Source: Squalus acanthias
Lineage: Eukaryota
Direction: 5' to 3'
DNA length: 64,000 nt
Assembly (NCBI GenBank): GCA_030390025.1
Contig: CM059433.1
Coordinates: 10,666,001-10,730,000, forward strand
Below the pieces are notes generated by a model. The model was not told the DNA's origin and did not search any database. It worked only from the letters and a program-made list of their open reading frames with translations. This document shows positions 11,752-24,994 of the stretch, one piece after another; the stretch's first letter is position 1, and each line of letters opens with the position of its first letter. The translations under genes and the position numbers were made by a program.

Positions 11752-12700
11752 TAATTCATTCACGGGATGTGGGCATCACTGGCAAGGCCAGCATTTATTG
11801 TCCATCCCTCGTTGTCCTTGAGAAGGTGGTGGTGAGCCGCCTTCTTGAACCGCTGCAGTCTGTGCGGTGAAGGTACTCCCACAGTGCTGTTAGGGAGGGA
11901 GCTCCAGGTTTTTGACCCAGCGACGATGAAGGAACGGCGATATATGTCCAGGTTGGGATACTGTGTGACTTGGAGGTGATGGTGTATCCATTACCTGCTG
12001 CCCTTGTCCTTCTAGATGGTGGAGGTTGCAGGTATGGGAGGTGCTGCCGAAGAAGACTTGGCAAGTTGCTGCAGTGCATCCTGTAAATAGTACACACTGC
12101 AGACACGGTACGCCAGTGGTGGATGTATAAAGCAATGGATGGAGTGCCGATCAAGCAGACTACTTTGTTCTGGCTAGAGTCAAATTTGTTGAATGTTGTT
12201 GGAGCTGCACCCATCCAGACAAGTGGAGATATTCCATCACACTCCTGACTTGTGACTTGTAGATGGTGGAAAGGCTTTGGGGAGTTAGGAGATGAGCCAC
12301 GCAGCACAGAATACCAAGCCTCTGACCTGATCTTGTAACCACAGCATTTATGCGTCTGGTCCAGTTCAGTTTCCAGTCTATGGTGAGCCCCCAGGATGTT
12401 GATGGTGGGGGATTTGATGATGGTAATGCCATTGAATGTCAAGGGGAGGTGGTTATGCTCTCTCTTGTTGGAAATGGTCATTGCCTAACACTTGGCGCAA
12501 ATGTTACTTGCCACTTATCAGCCCAAGCCTAGATATTGTCCAGGTCTTGCTGCATGCAGGCATGGACTGCTTCATTATCTGAAGAATTGTGAATAGAGCT
12601 GAACACTGTGCAATTACTAGTGAACAGCCCTACTCTGATCTTATGATGGAGGGAGGTCATTGATGAAGCAGCTGAAGATAGTTGAGCTTTCAATGCTGTC
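11752..12700 (-). mobile_element. CR1/L2-superclade LINE 3' fragment, second family (older piece at ~10925-11180)
   Basis: KSPTINILG, LNWTRRINAVVTRSGQRLGIL, LSTIYKSQVRSVMEY across frameshifts. Confidence 0.8.
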
Positions 12701-12807
12701 CTATTTGTAATGTAGTGTCACTTCAAGAAGTCCAGTTGCCAAAAAGTTAGTGACTACAATTTTTGCCCATAACTTCCCTGAAGTTGGGGGCGGGAGCAAG
12801 GGAGGAA

Positions 12808-13322
12808 GCCATGGAGGGAGTGCAGCGAAGATTCACCAGACTGATACCTGGGATGGCAGGAATGACGTATGAAGAGAGATTGGGTCGATTAGGCTCATAT
12901 TCGCTAGAGTTTAGAAGAATGAGAGGGGATCTCATTGAAACTTATAAAATTCTAACAGGACTAGACAGACTAGATGCAGGAGGGATGTTCCCGATGGCAG
13001 GGGAGTCCAGAACCAGGGGTCACAGTCTAAGAATAAGGGGTAAGCCATTTAGGACAGAGATGAGGAGGAATTTCTTCACCCAGAGAGTGGTGATCCTGTA
13101 GAATTCTCTACCACAGAAGGCAGTTGAGGCCGATTCATTAAATATATTCAAGAAGGAGTTAGATATAATCCTTAAGGCTAAAGGGATCAAGGGATATGGG
13201 GAGAAGGCAGGTACAGGGTACTGAGTTTGGATGATCAGCCATGATCTCATTGAATGGCGGAACAGGCTCGAGGGGCCGAATGGCCTACTCCCGCTCCTAT
13301 CTTCTATGTTTCTATGTTTCTA
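12808..13322 (+). mobile_element. CR1 LINE 3' end
   Basis: EGVQRRFTRLIPG...RGHSLRI...FFTQRVV; 3' stem-loop and (CTATGTTT)n. Confidence 0.95.
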
Positions 13323-13397
13323 AGCAGGGAACCTCCATACATCAACGTTAAAGTTACATTGCTGGCTGTACAAGGCCAACCCATCCACAGTCAGAAT

Positions 13398-13690
13398 AAA
13401 ACAACAACAGCAAAAGCTTGCATATATATAGTGCCTTTAACGTAGTGCAGAGATAGGGAGGAGCGAGGGTATGGAGTAATATGAAAACAAGGTTGAGAAT
13501 TTTTAAATCGCGACATCAGCGGACCGGGAGCCAATGTAGATCAGCGAGCACATGGGTGGTAGGTGACTTGGAGTGAGTTAGGATACGGGCAGCAGAGTTT
13601 TGGATGAGCTCAAGTTTACGGAGGTTGGAAGATGGGAGACCGACCAGGAGAGCGTTGGAATAGTCAGGTCTGGAGGTAACAAAGGCATAG
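13398..13690 (-). mobile_element. L2 LINE 3' fragment
   Basis: (aac)n plus ttgcatatatatagtgccttt tail; reverse complement encodes RLDYSNALL...LIQNSAARIL. Confidence 0.75.
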
Positions 13691-14064
13691 AAATGTCAGC
13701 CCTGCAGAATCAGGGAACAAAGCCACCACAGAAGATGGTGGTCCCTGCACGTGGAAATATATCTGCTGTCCTATTTCTATCATAGCCACGGCCCCTAGAA
13801 TTTTTGCTGTGCTTTAAGGCCAATATTTGCAGTTACCCCATTCAAATTCTGTGTCATGAAAGTGCAGATTCTGTGGAAATTCTGTCCCATGTCTGGAAAC
13901 ATTGCAAACTCAGCACATAAATATTTTTAAAATACAGTGCTAAAATGGTGCAATTTGTTTACAAAAATTGTGCTTTTTAAACTGATTAAAGCAGTTTACT
14001 GGTCTTCACCTTCCAGTCCTGCACACTCTCCATAGCTGTCTGAAATAATAGCTGCCACTTAACA

Positions 14065-15966
14065 CCGATAGGGATAGACTGAGTAATTACAGGCCAGTCA
14101 GCCTAACCTCGGTGGTGGGAAAATTATTGGAAAAAATTCTGAGGGACAGGATAAATCTTCATTTAGAAAGACACGAATTAATCAGGGACAGTCAGCATGG
14201 ATTTGTTAAGGGAAGGTCGTGTCTGACTAACTTGATTGAATTTTTTGAGGAGGTAACAAGGAGGGTCGATGAGGGAGGTGCGTTTGATGTAGTCTGTATG
14301 GATTTTAGCAAGGCTTTTGATAAGGTCCCACATGGCAGATTGATCACGAAAGTAAAAGCCCATGGGATCCAAGGCAAAGTGGCAAGTTGGATCCAAAATT
14401 GGCTCAGAAAGAAAGAAAGACTTGCATTTAAATAGCGCCTTTCACGACCACCGGACGTCTCAAAGCGCTTTACAGCCAATTAATTTTTTTTTTGGGGTGT
14501 AGTCACTATTGTAATGTGGGAAACGCGGCAGCCAATTTGTGCACAGCAAGCTCCCACAAACAGCAATGTGATAATGACCAGATAATCTGTTTTTGTTATG
14601 TTGATTGAAGGATAAGTATTGGCCAGGACACCAGGGATAACTCCCCTGCTCTTCTTCGAAATAGTGCCATGGGATCTTTTACGTCCACCTGAAAGAGCAG
14701 ACAGGGCCTCGGTTTAACATCTCATCTGAAAGACGGCACCTCCAACAGTGCAGCACTCCCTCAGCACTGCACTGGGAGAGTGTCAGCCTAGCTTTATGTG
14801 CTCAAGTCCCTGGAGTGGGACTTAAACCCACAACCTTCTGACTCAGAGGTGAGTGTGCTACCCACTGAGCCACAGCTGACACTGCAGAGGCAGGAAACAA
14901 AGGGTAATGGTCGAAGGCTGTTTTTGTGACTGGAAGGTTGTTTCTAGTGGGGTTCCGCAGGGCTCAGTACTGGGTACTTTGCTTTTTGTGGTATATATCA
15001 ATGATTTGGAGTGAATGTAGGAAGTATGATTAAGAAGTTTGCAGATGATACAAAAATTGGCCGTGAGGTTGATAATGGAGAAGAAAGCTGCAGGCTGCAG
15101 GAAGATATCAATGGACTGGTCTGGTGGGCAGAAAAGTGGCAAATGGAATTCAATCCGGAGAAGTGTGAGGTAATGCATTTGGGGAGGGCTAACAAGGCAA
15201 GGGAATACACAATAAATGGTAGGACACTGAGAAGTGCAGAGGATCAGAGGAACCTTGGAGTGCATGTCCACAGATCCCTGAAGGTAGCAGGACAGGTAGA
15301 TAAGGTGGTTAAGAAGCCATACGGGATACTTGCTTTTATTAGCCGAGGCATAGAATATAAGACCAGGGAGGTTATGCTTGAACTGTATAAAACACTAGTT
15401 AGGCCGTAGCTAGAATACTGCGTGCAGTTCTGGTCACCATATTACAGGAAGGATGTGAGTGCACTAGAGAGGGTGCAGAGGAGATTTACGGAGATGTTGC
15501 CTGGGCTGGGGAATTTTAGCTATGAGGAAAGATTGGATAGGCTGGGGTTGTTTTCTTTGGAACAGAGAAGGCTGAGGGGAGACCTAATTGAGGAGTATAA
15601 AATTATGAGGGGCCTAGATAGAGTGGATAGGAAGGACCTATTTCCCTTAGCAGAAGGGTCAATAACCAGGGGACATAGATATAAAGTAATTGGTGGAAGG
15701 TTTAGAGGGGATTTGAAGAGAAATCTTTGCACCCTGAGGGTGGTGGGGGTCTGGAACTCACTGCCTGAAAGGGTGGTAGAGGCAGAAACCCTAACCACAT
15801 TTAAAAAGTACTTGGATATGCACCTGAAGTGCCGTAACCTACAAGGCTACGGACCAAGTGCTGGAAAGTGGGTTTAGGGTGGACAGCTCTTTGTCGGCCG
15901 GCGTGGACAAGATGGGCCGAATGGCCTCCTTCCGTGCTGTAAATTTCTATGATTCTATGATTCTAT
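14065..15966 (+). mobile_element. CR1 LINE (RT to 3' end) interrupted by a SINE
   Basis: QHGFVKGRSCLTNL, DFSKAFDKVPH, GVPQGSVLG, KFADDTK; (ATTCTATG)n tail. Confidence 0.95.
14406..14882 (-). mobile_element. SacSINE1-like SINE nested in CR1
   Basis: Reverse complement of the 1361-1832 family; CR1 resumes at ggcaggaaacaaagg. Confidence 0.92.
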
Positions 15967-16100
15967 AACTCCTAAATGTCTCACTGGTCAGGTAAGACAG
16001 CTAGGCGCTAAGAGCAAGTTGACTTTTAAATGGTAGAGAATCAATGTCTGGTACAACAATCCCTTGTGTCCAGAATTGGACTGTTGTCACTTGACACCAA

Positions 16101-16776
16101 GGCCTCGATTTTAACCCCCTCCCCACTCCCCAACGGGCAGGGAAGTGTCGGGCGATCCTCAAAATCTAAATCCCGATCCCAACCCGACGCGTTTCTGGCC
16201 ACCGTAACATTTACTGCGGTGATTCAGGCTCTAGACGAGGCTGCCGCTAAAAGCAGGCGGGGGCCTACGTAAGATCCAAAATGTCACTGCCCGATGATGT
16301 CACCGGCGCCATGACGTCCTTTAAACGTCCACTCCCGGCAACAGAAACATGGTGGGAGGAGCCGACTGGCCAGAAGAGGCCACAGCAAGCATTTAAACTT
16401 TTCCTCTCTTTGAACTCCTCGTGGGCCAGGAAGAGTCGGAGCGCTCCCCCCCCCCCCCCCCCCACCCCGCACAGGAGTCTTGCGGCCTCCCCAGCCCTGG
16501 AAACTTCCTCCACCTTTGGGGAATCCTCAGCACCATCATTCCCCCCCCCCACCCCCCCGATCGCGCATTGTGAAGATGGAAACCCAGCCCGTTGCTGACC
16601 TGTGATCAAATCACGAAGAAGAATCCTCAGCCCTCCCGATGTTAGGCAAATTCCCAGCCCGGCAGCCAAGTTCCCCGCTCCTGCCCGCTGGCCAGCTACC
16701 GAATCTGGCCTGGTGTCAGGCGGGAATCCGGGAAGTTTTATGTAAATAAGGCCCTACCGTTAAGATCGGTAGGACA
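16101..16776. mobile_element. Harbinger-like MITE
   Basis: GGCCTCGATTTTAAC left end, GTTAAGATCGG right end; CpG-rich. Confidence 0.55.
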
Positions 16777-17558
16777 AAAAAGCCTCATATTCCAATACTA
16801 TAACTCCACTTACATCACTGTGGTATGATCGTTGGTTTGATCTTGTAAATTCTTAAAATATAAAGGTTGATCCAAGTGAGATGTATAGAGCTGGTGGAGT
16901 ACAGCATTTTAAAGTCGTAAATATGTAATTGGATCTGCTCTTGCCTCAGAATTGGGGGTTTTAATCCAGCCTTGTGAAACACTTAACATTGTGTTACAAC
17001 TTTAACTGGGCTATGCAAACTGAGGCTAATGCTGTGTAAAGCAGCCCAAATAGCCATTTTCCCCATGGGATTAAATTAGCATTGAAATTACTGGCAGGAT
17101 GGAAATAACCCTCCGCCCCCCCCCCCCCTCCCCACCCAACCCAAGACCCTAAATGGGATTTGATCTTATCAAATTGATCTCAGTTCCAACCTCATGGTGG
17201 ATCTACATTGTTAGATCATCATTTTAGCCAATGCCCACTTCAGATCAGTTCCTTCTTCCCATACAGCAATAACGTTAATCAAATTCACTGCAAGAATCTT
17301 ACTGCTGCCAATCCAAGGCAAATTCTATTCACAGAGGGCGTGGGTGGTGCTGCTCCATTCCTCACAGTGCCTCGAGGCACAATTTTAATTAATTTGTTCA
17401 GCGGTGAATAAATATTAATAAGCTAATTTGAATGGATTTGTGATGCACTTTCACATTAGCATGTCGGAATTCCAGAGGGACACCAGGATAACAGAGTCAC
17501 CATATCTTTGAGAGAGCACAATAAACAGAATTCTTCTCCTCTTAATGCAAAATAAGAA

Positions 17559-18501
17559 TGTCAGCCAGTGGCTCAGTTGGTAGCACACTCGCCTCTGAGT
17601 CAGAAGGTTGTGGGTTCTAAGTCCCACTCCATGGGACTTGAGCACATGAAGCTAGGCTGACACTTCCAGTGCGGTGCTGAGGGAGTGCTGCACTGTTGGA
17701 GGTGCCGTCTTTCAGATGAGACGTTAAACCGAGGCCCCGTCTGCTCTCTCAGGTGGATGTAAAAGATCCCCAAGGCACTATTTTGATGAAGAGCAGGGGA
17801 GTTATCTCTGGTGTCTCAGTGTTCTCGCTCAGGCCAACATCCCCAGCATCAAAGCTCTAACGACGCTCAATCAGCTCCGATGGACCGGCCTCATCGTCCG
17901 CATGCCCGATACGAGACTCCCAAAACAAGCGCTCCACTCGGAGCTCCGACTCGGCAAGGACACCCTCAAAGCCTCCTTGGAAAAAGTGCAACATCCCCAC
18001 CGACACCTGGGAATCCCTGGGCCAAGACCACACAAAGTGGAGGAGAAGCATCCGGGAAAGCGCCGAACACCTCGAGTCTCTTCGCCGGGAGCAAGCGCAA
18101 ACAGCAGAAGGAACGCACGTCAACCCAAGCACCCCACCCACCCGCCCCTTCAACCACCGTCTGCCCCACCTGTGACAGAGACTGTAGTTCCCGCATTGGA
18201 CTCATCAGTCACCTGAGAACTCATTTTTAGTGTGGAAGCAAGTCATCCTCGGTTCCGAGGGACTGCCTAAGAAGAAGAGAATCTCCTGAGCCAATATTTA
18301 TCCCTCAACCAACATAACAAAAAACAGATTATCTGGTCATTATCACATTGCTGTTTGTGGGAGCTTGCTGTGCGCAAATTGGCTGCCGCGTTTCCCACAT
18401 TCCAACAGTGACTCCACTTTGAAAGAACTTAATTGGCTGTAAAGCGCTTTGAGATGTCCGGTGGTCGTGAAAGGCGCTATAAAAATGCAAGTCTTTCTTT
18501 C
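17559..18501 (+). mobile_element. SacSINE1-like SINE split by an RTE insertion
   Basis: 5' part 17559-17815 and 3' part 18283-18501 are colinear with the other copies. Confidence 0.9.
17816..18280 (+). mobile_element. RTE-clade LINE 3' fragment
   Basis: RMPDTRLPKQAL, terminal CPTC..SRIGLISHLRTH zinc finger, (AAG)n tail; same family as 48505-49258. Confidence 0.9.
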
Positions 18502-19567
18502 AAAATGCGTTTGCGTTGTGAAATGCCACCAATGCATCTTTTCTAGATCGCAAGTGCAATAGAATTTTGCTGCAAATCTTTAACCATTGACTTCTCTGCT
18601 TTTGAATTAATTTTGAAACCATTTAACGTTCTTTAGGTCTCCTATGATGCTCTTGAGGTGACCCCCAGGAGATGTGCAAAAATGGCCAAGTCATTGATTT
18701 CCCTCTATTACTCTTTGGGGATTGCATCTGCCCTCTTTTCAGTGGTTTTCCCGACACTATAACCAAGATTGGGATGTAGTGACTTGACAACCCACTTTCT
18801 GTCATCCATGGGCATCTCATGGCAGAGTGCAATGGAGCAGCAACATTGGGCCACAAATCCTTGGCTCCCCAATCACCATCAGAATTTATGTCGGTGCGGG
18901 CACCAGTGGCCTCTGCTCTTGACCCCACCAAAGTATCTGGAGTCAGGAGAGAGTCAAGTAATTTACATGTTGTTATAGACACCCCCCACCAGTACAGGTG
19001 CATCCGCTGTAGGAGGGAGAGCAGGAAAATGCAGCACTCTCCCCACAATTTCAGGCTCCCTCACTGACTGGCCCCCGTCAAAGAAGGTCCAACCAAAAAA
19101 TTAAAATACAGCAATTCTAGGATCTTCCAGGCCATCGGCCCAGCCTGGAGACATCTTCAACCTTTAACTGACGTGCACACTGATTTGTTGCAGGTTGCTG
19201 GCCAGAAGCAAAGTTGGCACCGAGTAAATTTCCAGCATAGGAAAACCCTCATCTTGGTCTACCCCTTTCAACATCTATGACAATGTTTCGAATGGATTCA
19301 GGCTTCATCCTCTCCAGGCCTCATTGGCAGCTTGAGCTGGGACTCAACGATGGCCAAATTTCCTCTGCACTGAGACTGCAGCTTAGGCCTTGAGGAAATT
19401 TGCAGCCAAGCTGCTTAATACTTACTTTTGTGCTACCAATAGTCTCCCTGCCACCTTCTTGCTTATTATATGATTCCAAAGACACCAGTTACTCTCTGGA
19501 AGCTAACAGAACTGTCGACTATTTATGCATGAGCTTCAACAGGGATTGTTGGCAGGTTATTTGATCA

Positions 19568-19860
19568 TCACAGAATCCCCACAGTGCAGATAGAGGCCAT
19601 TTCGGCCCATCGAGCCTGCACCGACACATATCCCACCCTATCCCCGTAACCCCACGTATTTCATCCCCCTAACACTAAGGGTCAATTTATCATAGCCAAA
19701 TCAACCTAACCCGCACATCTTTGGACTGTGGGAGGAAACCGGAGCACCCGGAGGAAACCCACGCAGACACGAGGAGAATGTGCAATCTCCACACAGACAG
19801 TCACCCGGGTCCCTGGTGCTGTGAGGCAACAGTGCTAACCACTATGCCACCGTGTTGCCC
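19568..19860 (-). mobile_element. HE1-like V-SINE
   Basis: Reverse complement has tRNA head ggtggcatagtggttagcac, V-domain gtgggtttcctccgggtgctccggtttcctcccaca and a CR1-type 3' stem-loop. Confidence 0.9.
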
Positions 19861-20138
19861 AGGAGGGGGAAGTCATCTGTGTTAAGCTTGATCATGTCCT
19901 CATCTGAAACCTACACACCCACACTTCCAGTAAAGGTCACTGGAGGACATGGGAGCGCTAGTTGATTTTCACCTCCCCGAACTAGTAGCACTGAAATCAG
20001 ATGTCAGTAATTCTCCCCCCAGTCTGACTGAGATCACCTAACTCAACACCAACAAGGGATGGGACCTGGACCATATGGCTCACTTACTTAATGGATAGAC
20101 TCACTGAGTCATCAGAAAAGCATTTCACACTTACTAAT

Positions 20139-20620
20139 AGAAAGAAAGACTTGCATTTATATAGCGTCTTTCACGACCACCGGATTTCTCAAAGTGCTTT
20201 ACAGTCAATGAATTACTTTTTGAAATGGAGTCACTGTTGTAAGGTGAGAAACGCAGCAGCCAATTTACGCACAGCAAGCTCCCACAAACAGCAATGTGAT
20301 AATGACCAGATAATCTGTTGTTTTTTTTTGTTATGCTGGTTGAGGGATAAATATTGGCTAGGACACCGGGGATAACTCCCCCCTGCTCCTCTTCAAAATA
20401 GTGTCCATGGGATCTTTAATGTCCACCTGAAAGAGCAGACAGGGCCTCGGTTTAACATTTCATCCGAAAGACGGCACCTCCAACAGTGCAGCGCTCCCTC
20501 AGCACTGCACTGGAGTGGCAGCCCTAGATTTATGTGTTCAAGTCTCTGGAGTGGGACTTTGGAACCACAACTCTTCTGACTCAGAGGCGAGTGTGCTGCC
20601 CACTGAGCCACAGCTGACAC
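20139..20620 (-). mobile_element. SacSINE1-like SINE
   Basis: Full-length reverse copy. Confidence 0.92.
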
Positions 20621-21017
20621 TGTAAACCCACTCACTGATGTGGTGCACAACAATATGCATTTCTATAGCACTCAGTGCAAATAGAAAAATGCTTTAGCAC
20701 ACTCTATAGGGCACTGGGCAGGAGAGATTGGGGGTGGGGCACAAGAGCATAGTCAAAGAGAAGAAAGCCTTTGAATGTAGGGATGGAGGGCGTAAAGTGG
20801 AGACACTGAGGAAGGGAAATGCCATAACTGAACATTTTAATGTTCAAAAACAAAGTTTTAAACAAAATAAAAACATGAAAAAATATATATTTCACAACAG
20901 CATGATTAAAATTACACATCAAATTGACTTTAGCATCTTTTAATGTATTCATGACAAAATTTACTTCAAGGCTACAGCCTGTTGCAAAAGCCTTCAATAC
21001 AACTCGATATTTACCCC

Positions 21018-21460
21018 CATAAGAACAGAAGAAATAGAAGCAGGAGTAGGCCATTCGGCCCCTCGAGCCTGCTCCACCATTCAATAAGATCAATAAGGCT
21101 GATCTTCGGCCTCAACTCCACTTTCCTGCACTATCCCCATATCCCTTGATTCCCTTATAGTCCAAAAATCTATCGATCTCAGCCTTGAATATACTCAACG
21201 ACTGAGCATCCACAGCCCTCTGGGGTAGAGAATTCCAAAGATTCACCACCCTCTGAGTAAAGGAATTTCTCCTCATCTCAGTGCTAAATGGCCGACCCCT
21301 TATCCTGAGACTGTGACCCCTAGTTCTAGACTCTCCAGCCAGGGGAAACAGCCTCTCAGCATCTACCCTGTCAAGCCCTCTCAGAATCTTATATGTTTCA
21401 ATGAGATCACCTCTCATTCTTCTAAACTCCAGAGAGTATAGGCCCAATCTACTCAATCTC
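21018..21460 (-). mobile_element. CR1 LINE 3' end
   Basis: LGLYSLEFRRMRGDLIE...NLWNSLPQ. Confidence 0.93.
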
Positions 21461-21573
21461 TCCCCAGTGCAGTTGAAGGAGTCACCAACCACTTCATGCA
21501 CTCTAAGCACGAGCAGTTTCGAGAATGTTCTAGCATGCACTTTGTACATCTGAGGACATTGCAGAAACCAGTA

Positions 21574-22580
21574 TAAGAACATAAGAACATAAGAAATAGG
21601 AGCAGGAGGAGGCCATTTGGCCCCTCGAGCCTGCTCCGCTATTCAATAAGATCATGGTTACCTCATCTCCACTTTCCTGAACTATCCCCATATCCCTTGA
21701 TTCCCTTAATATTCAAACAGCTACCGATCTCTGTCCTGAATATACTCAACCACTGTGCCTCCACAGCCCTCTGGGGTAGAGAATTCCAAAGATTCACCAC
21801 CCTCTGAGTGAAGAAATTTCTCCTCATCTCAGTCCTAAATGGCCGACCCCTTATTCTGAGACTGTGACCCCTGGTTCTAGACTCCCCAGCCAGGGGAAAC
21901 ATCCTCCCTGCATCTACCCTGTCAATCCCTGTAAGAATTTTGTATGTTTCAATGAGATCATCTCTCATTCTTCTAAACTCTAGAGAATATAGGCCTCGTC
22001 TACTCAATCTCTCCTTTAGAACAATCCCTCCATCCGAGGAATCAGTCTGGTGAACCTTTGTTGCACTCCCTCTATGGCAAGTATATCCTTCCTTTGGTAA
22101 GGAGACCAAAACTGTACACAATACTCCAGGTGTGGTCTCACCAGGGCCCTATATAATTGCAGTAAGGCGTCTTTACTCTTATACTCAAATCCTCTTGTAA
22201 TAAAGGCCAACATACCATTTGCTTTCCTAATTGCTTGCTGTACCTGCATGTTAACTTTTTCCTACCAATGTGGATAACTTCACATTTCTCCACATTATAT
22301 TCCATTTGCCATGTTCTTGCCCACTCACTTAGCCTGTCTGTATCCCCTTGAAGCCTCCTTGCATCCTCCTCACAACTTACGTTCCCATCCAGCTTTGTAT
22401 CATCAGCAAACTTGGATATATTACATTTGGTCCCCTCATCCAAATCATTGATGTAGATTGTGAATAGCTGAGGCCCAAGCACTGATCCTTGCGGTACCCC
22501 ACTAGTTACAGCCTGCCAACCCGAAAATGACCCGTTTATTCCTACTCTCTGTTTTCTGTCCATTAACCAATCCTCAATCC
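21574..22580 (-). mobile_element. CR1 LINE 3' fragment
   Basis: GVPQGSVLGP, KFADDTK, RPHLEYCVQFWSP; (CTTATGTT)n tail. Confidence 0.95.
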
Positions 22581-22917
22581 TGTGAATATTTGTGAGTTTA
22601 GATGCTCTTTCCAAAAGGCTTCAAATCAAACTGGAGATTAAATTCTCAACGCATCATTTAAGGTCTGACTCATATTCAAAATATCAACAACTGGTCATTT
22701 TCTATTATTAACTGCTCAGTTCTATCTCGCAGCTAGTTAGATAACACCTGTGATTAACAACATCTGTGGTTTCTTTTATTGATATTTCAAAAATAAAATA
22801 AAGATTTTCCATCAAGAATGGAGTTCTTCTTCGTAGAGGAAAAGTAGATGAAGGTTACAGTTTATTATTCCAAGTGATTTAAACCAATCTGGAAGATGAA
22901 TTTAAGTTGTTGGGTAA

Positions 22918-23345
22918 CAGCATAGGAACAGGAGGAGGCCATTCAGCCCCTCGAGTCTGTTCCGCCATTCACTTAGATCATGGCCGATCTGTACCTCAAT
23001 TCCATTTATCTGCCTTGATTCCGTATCCCTTCATACCCTTGCCAAACAAAAATCTATCAATCTTAGTTTTCACTAATCTTTGTGTGAAGAAGTGCTCCCT
23101 GACATCACCACTGAATGGCTTAGCTTAATTTTTAAAGTTATGCCCCCCTGTTCCGGACTCCCCCACCATCACAACAACAACAACTTGCATTTATATAGCA
23201 TCAGAGGAAATATCTCTATCTACCCTATCAGATCCTTGAATCATCTTAAACAACTCAATTAGATCACCCCTTAACCTTCTATATGCAAGGGAATACAAGC
23301 CTAGTCTATGCAACCTGTCTTCATAATTTAATCCTTTTACCCCTG
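22918..23345 (-). mobile_element. Degenerate CR1 3' fragment containing a short L2-type tail piece
   Basis: ggaggccattcagcccctcgagtctg 3' stem-loop; (aac)n ttgcatttatatagc insert at ~23170. Confidence 0.7.
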
Positions 23346-23545
23346 GTTTCCTCCTGATTGGCTGCCATCCATGTAAATCAATGCCTGCGACTCTCCTTTC
23401 CTCTTCATTCTGGCTCCAAATTCTGTTACAAAAATCGTTTCTGAGAAATATACTAAATGATTATTGAAGCTTTTTGTATATAATTCATAAATGACAAACT
23501 TATGAGTGTCGTATGAGGGCATTTTCTAATTATTAAAGACTGTAT

Positions 23546-23945
23546 GGGGTAAATTTTAACTATCGGGCAGCCGACCAGTATAGCGCGCCAGTTGATAGCG
23601 CCAGTCAATAACTCGACAGGGCCGGCTGTAGGCTGGGTCCACTTTGAGGGCAAGCCCTCATTGCCATGTTGCTGAGGGGGCTACGGGCGCGAGACGGCTG
23701 CCACGCCGGCCCTGGCCCAGTGCAATATCGGGCAGTCCCGAGGCCGACCGGCCGGCAGCAAGGTAGATCCAGTGAGGAATAAATCGCATGGAGGGGGCCC
23801 CATGGAGGGTGACAAGGTGCCCCCTCTGTGGGAGCTAAGGGGTGCATTCCTGCTCCTCCGGGCCCCACAAAAATAAGATTAAAAGTGCCGTATTCTTGTC
23901 CGCTTCAGCTGCATCGCCGGGTAAAACTGGACGGATCGTGCACAG
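23546..23945. mobile_element. Truncated Harbinger-like MITE
   Basis: GGGGTAAATTTTAAC left end; CpG-rich body; no right end found. Confidence 0.5.
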
Positions 23946-24994
23946 TCTATGCTCCACCCAGTTCTCTTCCAAAGTGACATACAGGGGCAGAATTTTCATT
24001 GACCCGTGGAGGCGGGTTTGGAGGCGTGTGGGGGGTTAAAATTGTGAAAACTGGTGGGCGGGCACAAGTCCGCCTCCATCCCGCCTCCACGCAATTTTCA
24101 TTAAATCGTGTCTGCTGGTCCCGACTCCGTCCCGCCTCTAAGAGGCTGGATATGCCGTTAAGGCCCTTAACAAGCACTAAATTGCCTCTATAAAGCCATC
24201 TTGAAAGGCCTTTGTGATTTTAACCCTTTTTCCACGTGAAGCACGCCTGTTCTGAACCACGAATGTGAAACCTGGCGGTAGCACATTTGGATTGCTGACT
24301 ATCAGCTGCAGCTCAACCATGAAATAGGAGATGTGATCAGCCATCATTTGCAGTTGGCAGGACTTTGTTGTCTGAGGTCTGGGGGAACTTTTATATGGCA
24401 TAACCACAGCTGTGGAAGTTTGGAGCCTGACAACCATCTCCAGTGTGACCTCCTGGGAAACCCCTCTCGCCACCTTGACTGAGCGCTTCCTCAACTGAGG
24501 CATATACCAGAAGCATGGGAACCATTTATTTCCTTTCCTCCTGGACATCAGATTCGGACGAAGACCAGCCGTGGCAGCAGCAGAACCATGAACAACAGCA
24601 CCACCAGCAGCAGCAGCATCAACAGGAGTGCCAAGCTGCTCCTCACCCACCTGAAGCTGCACAGGCCAGAAGGCACCAGTGCGTGACCACATTGCTGCCC
24701 GAGATGCAAGGGACGCACTTGACCAGATTTCCTTAGCCTGCACAATCAAACACTTTTGCCTCGCACCTTCTTATCAGACCATCGACAATGGCCAGGAACC
24801 TGCGGATTCCTATCACTCTGACCACCATACTGACAATTGCAAGTCATCCTAAGCCCTCAATGTGGAAGTCCTATTTACGAAATGACAGACGCCACAACTT
24901 CAGCAGTTTGCCAGCAGAATTTTTAATCACACAAAGCAAGTGCTGGCATTTCAAGATTAAACACAACATTACACCCAAGTGACTACCCTTGTGA

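Noticed and set aside
11880..11916. V(D)J RSS-like CACAGTG...GGTTTTTG
   Set aside because: The nonamer is in the wrong orientation, it lies inside a LINE, and no Ig/TCR segments were seen
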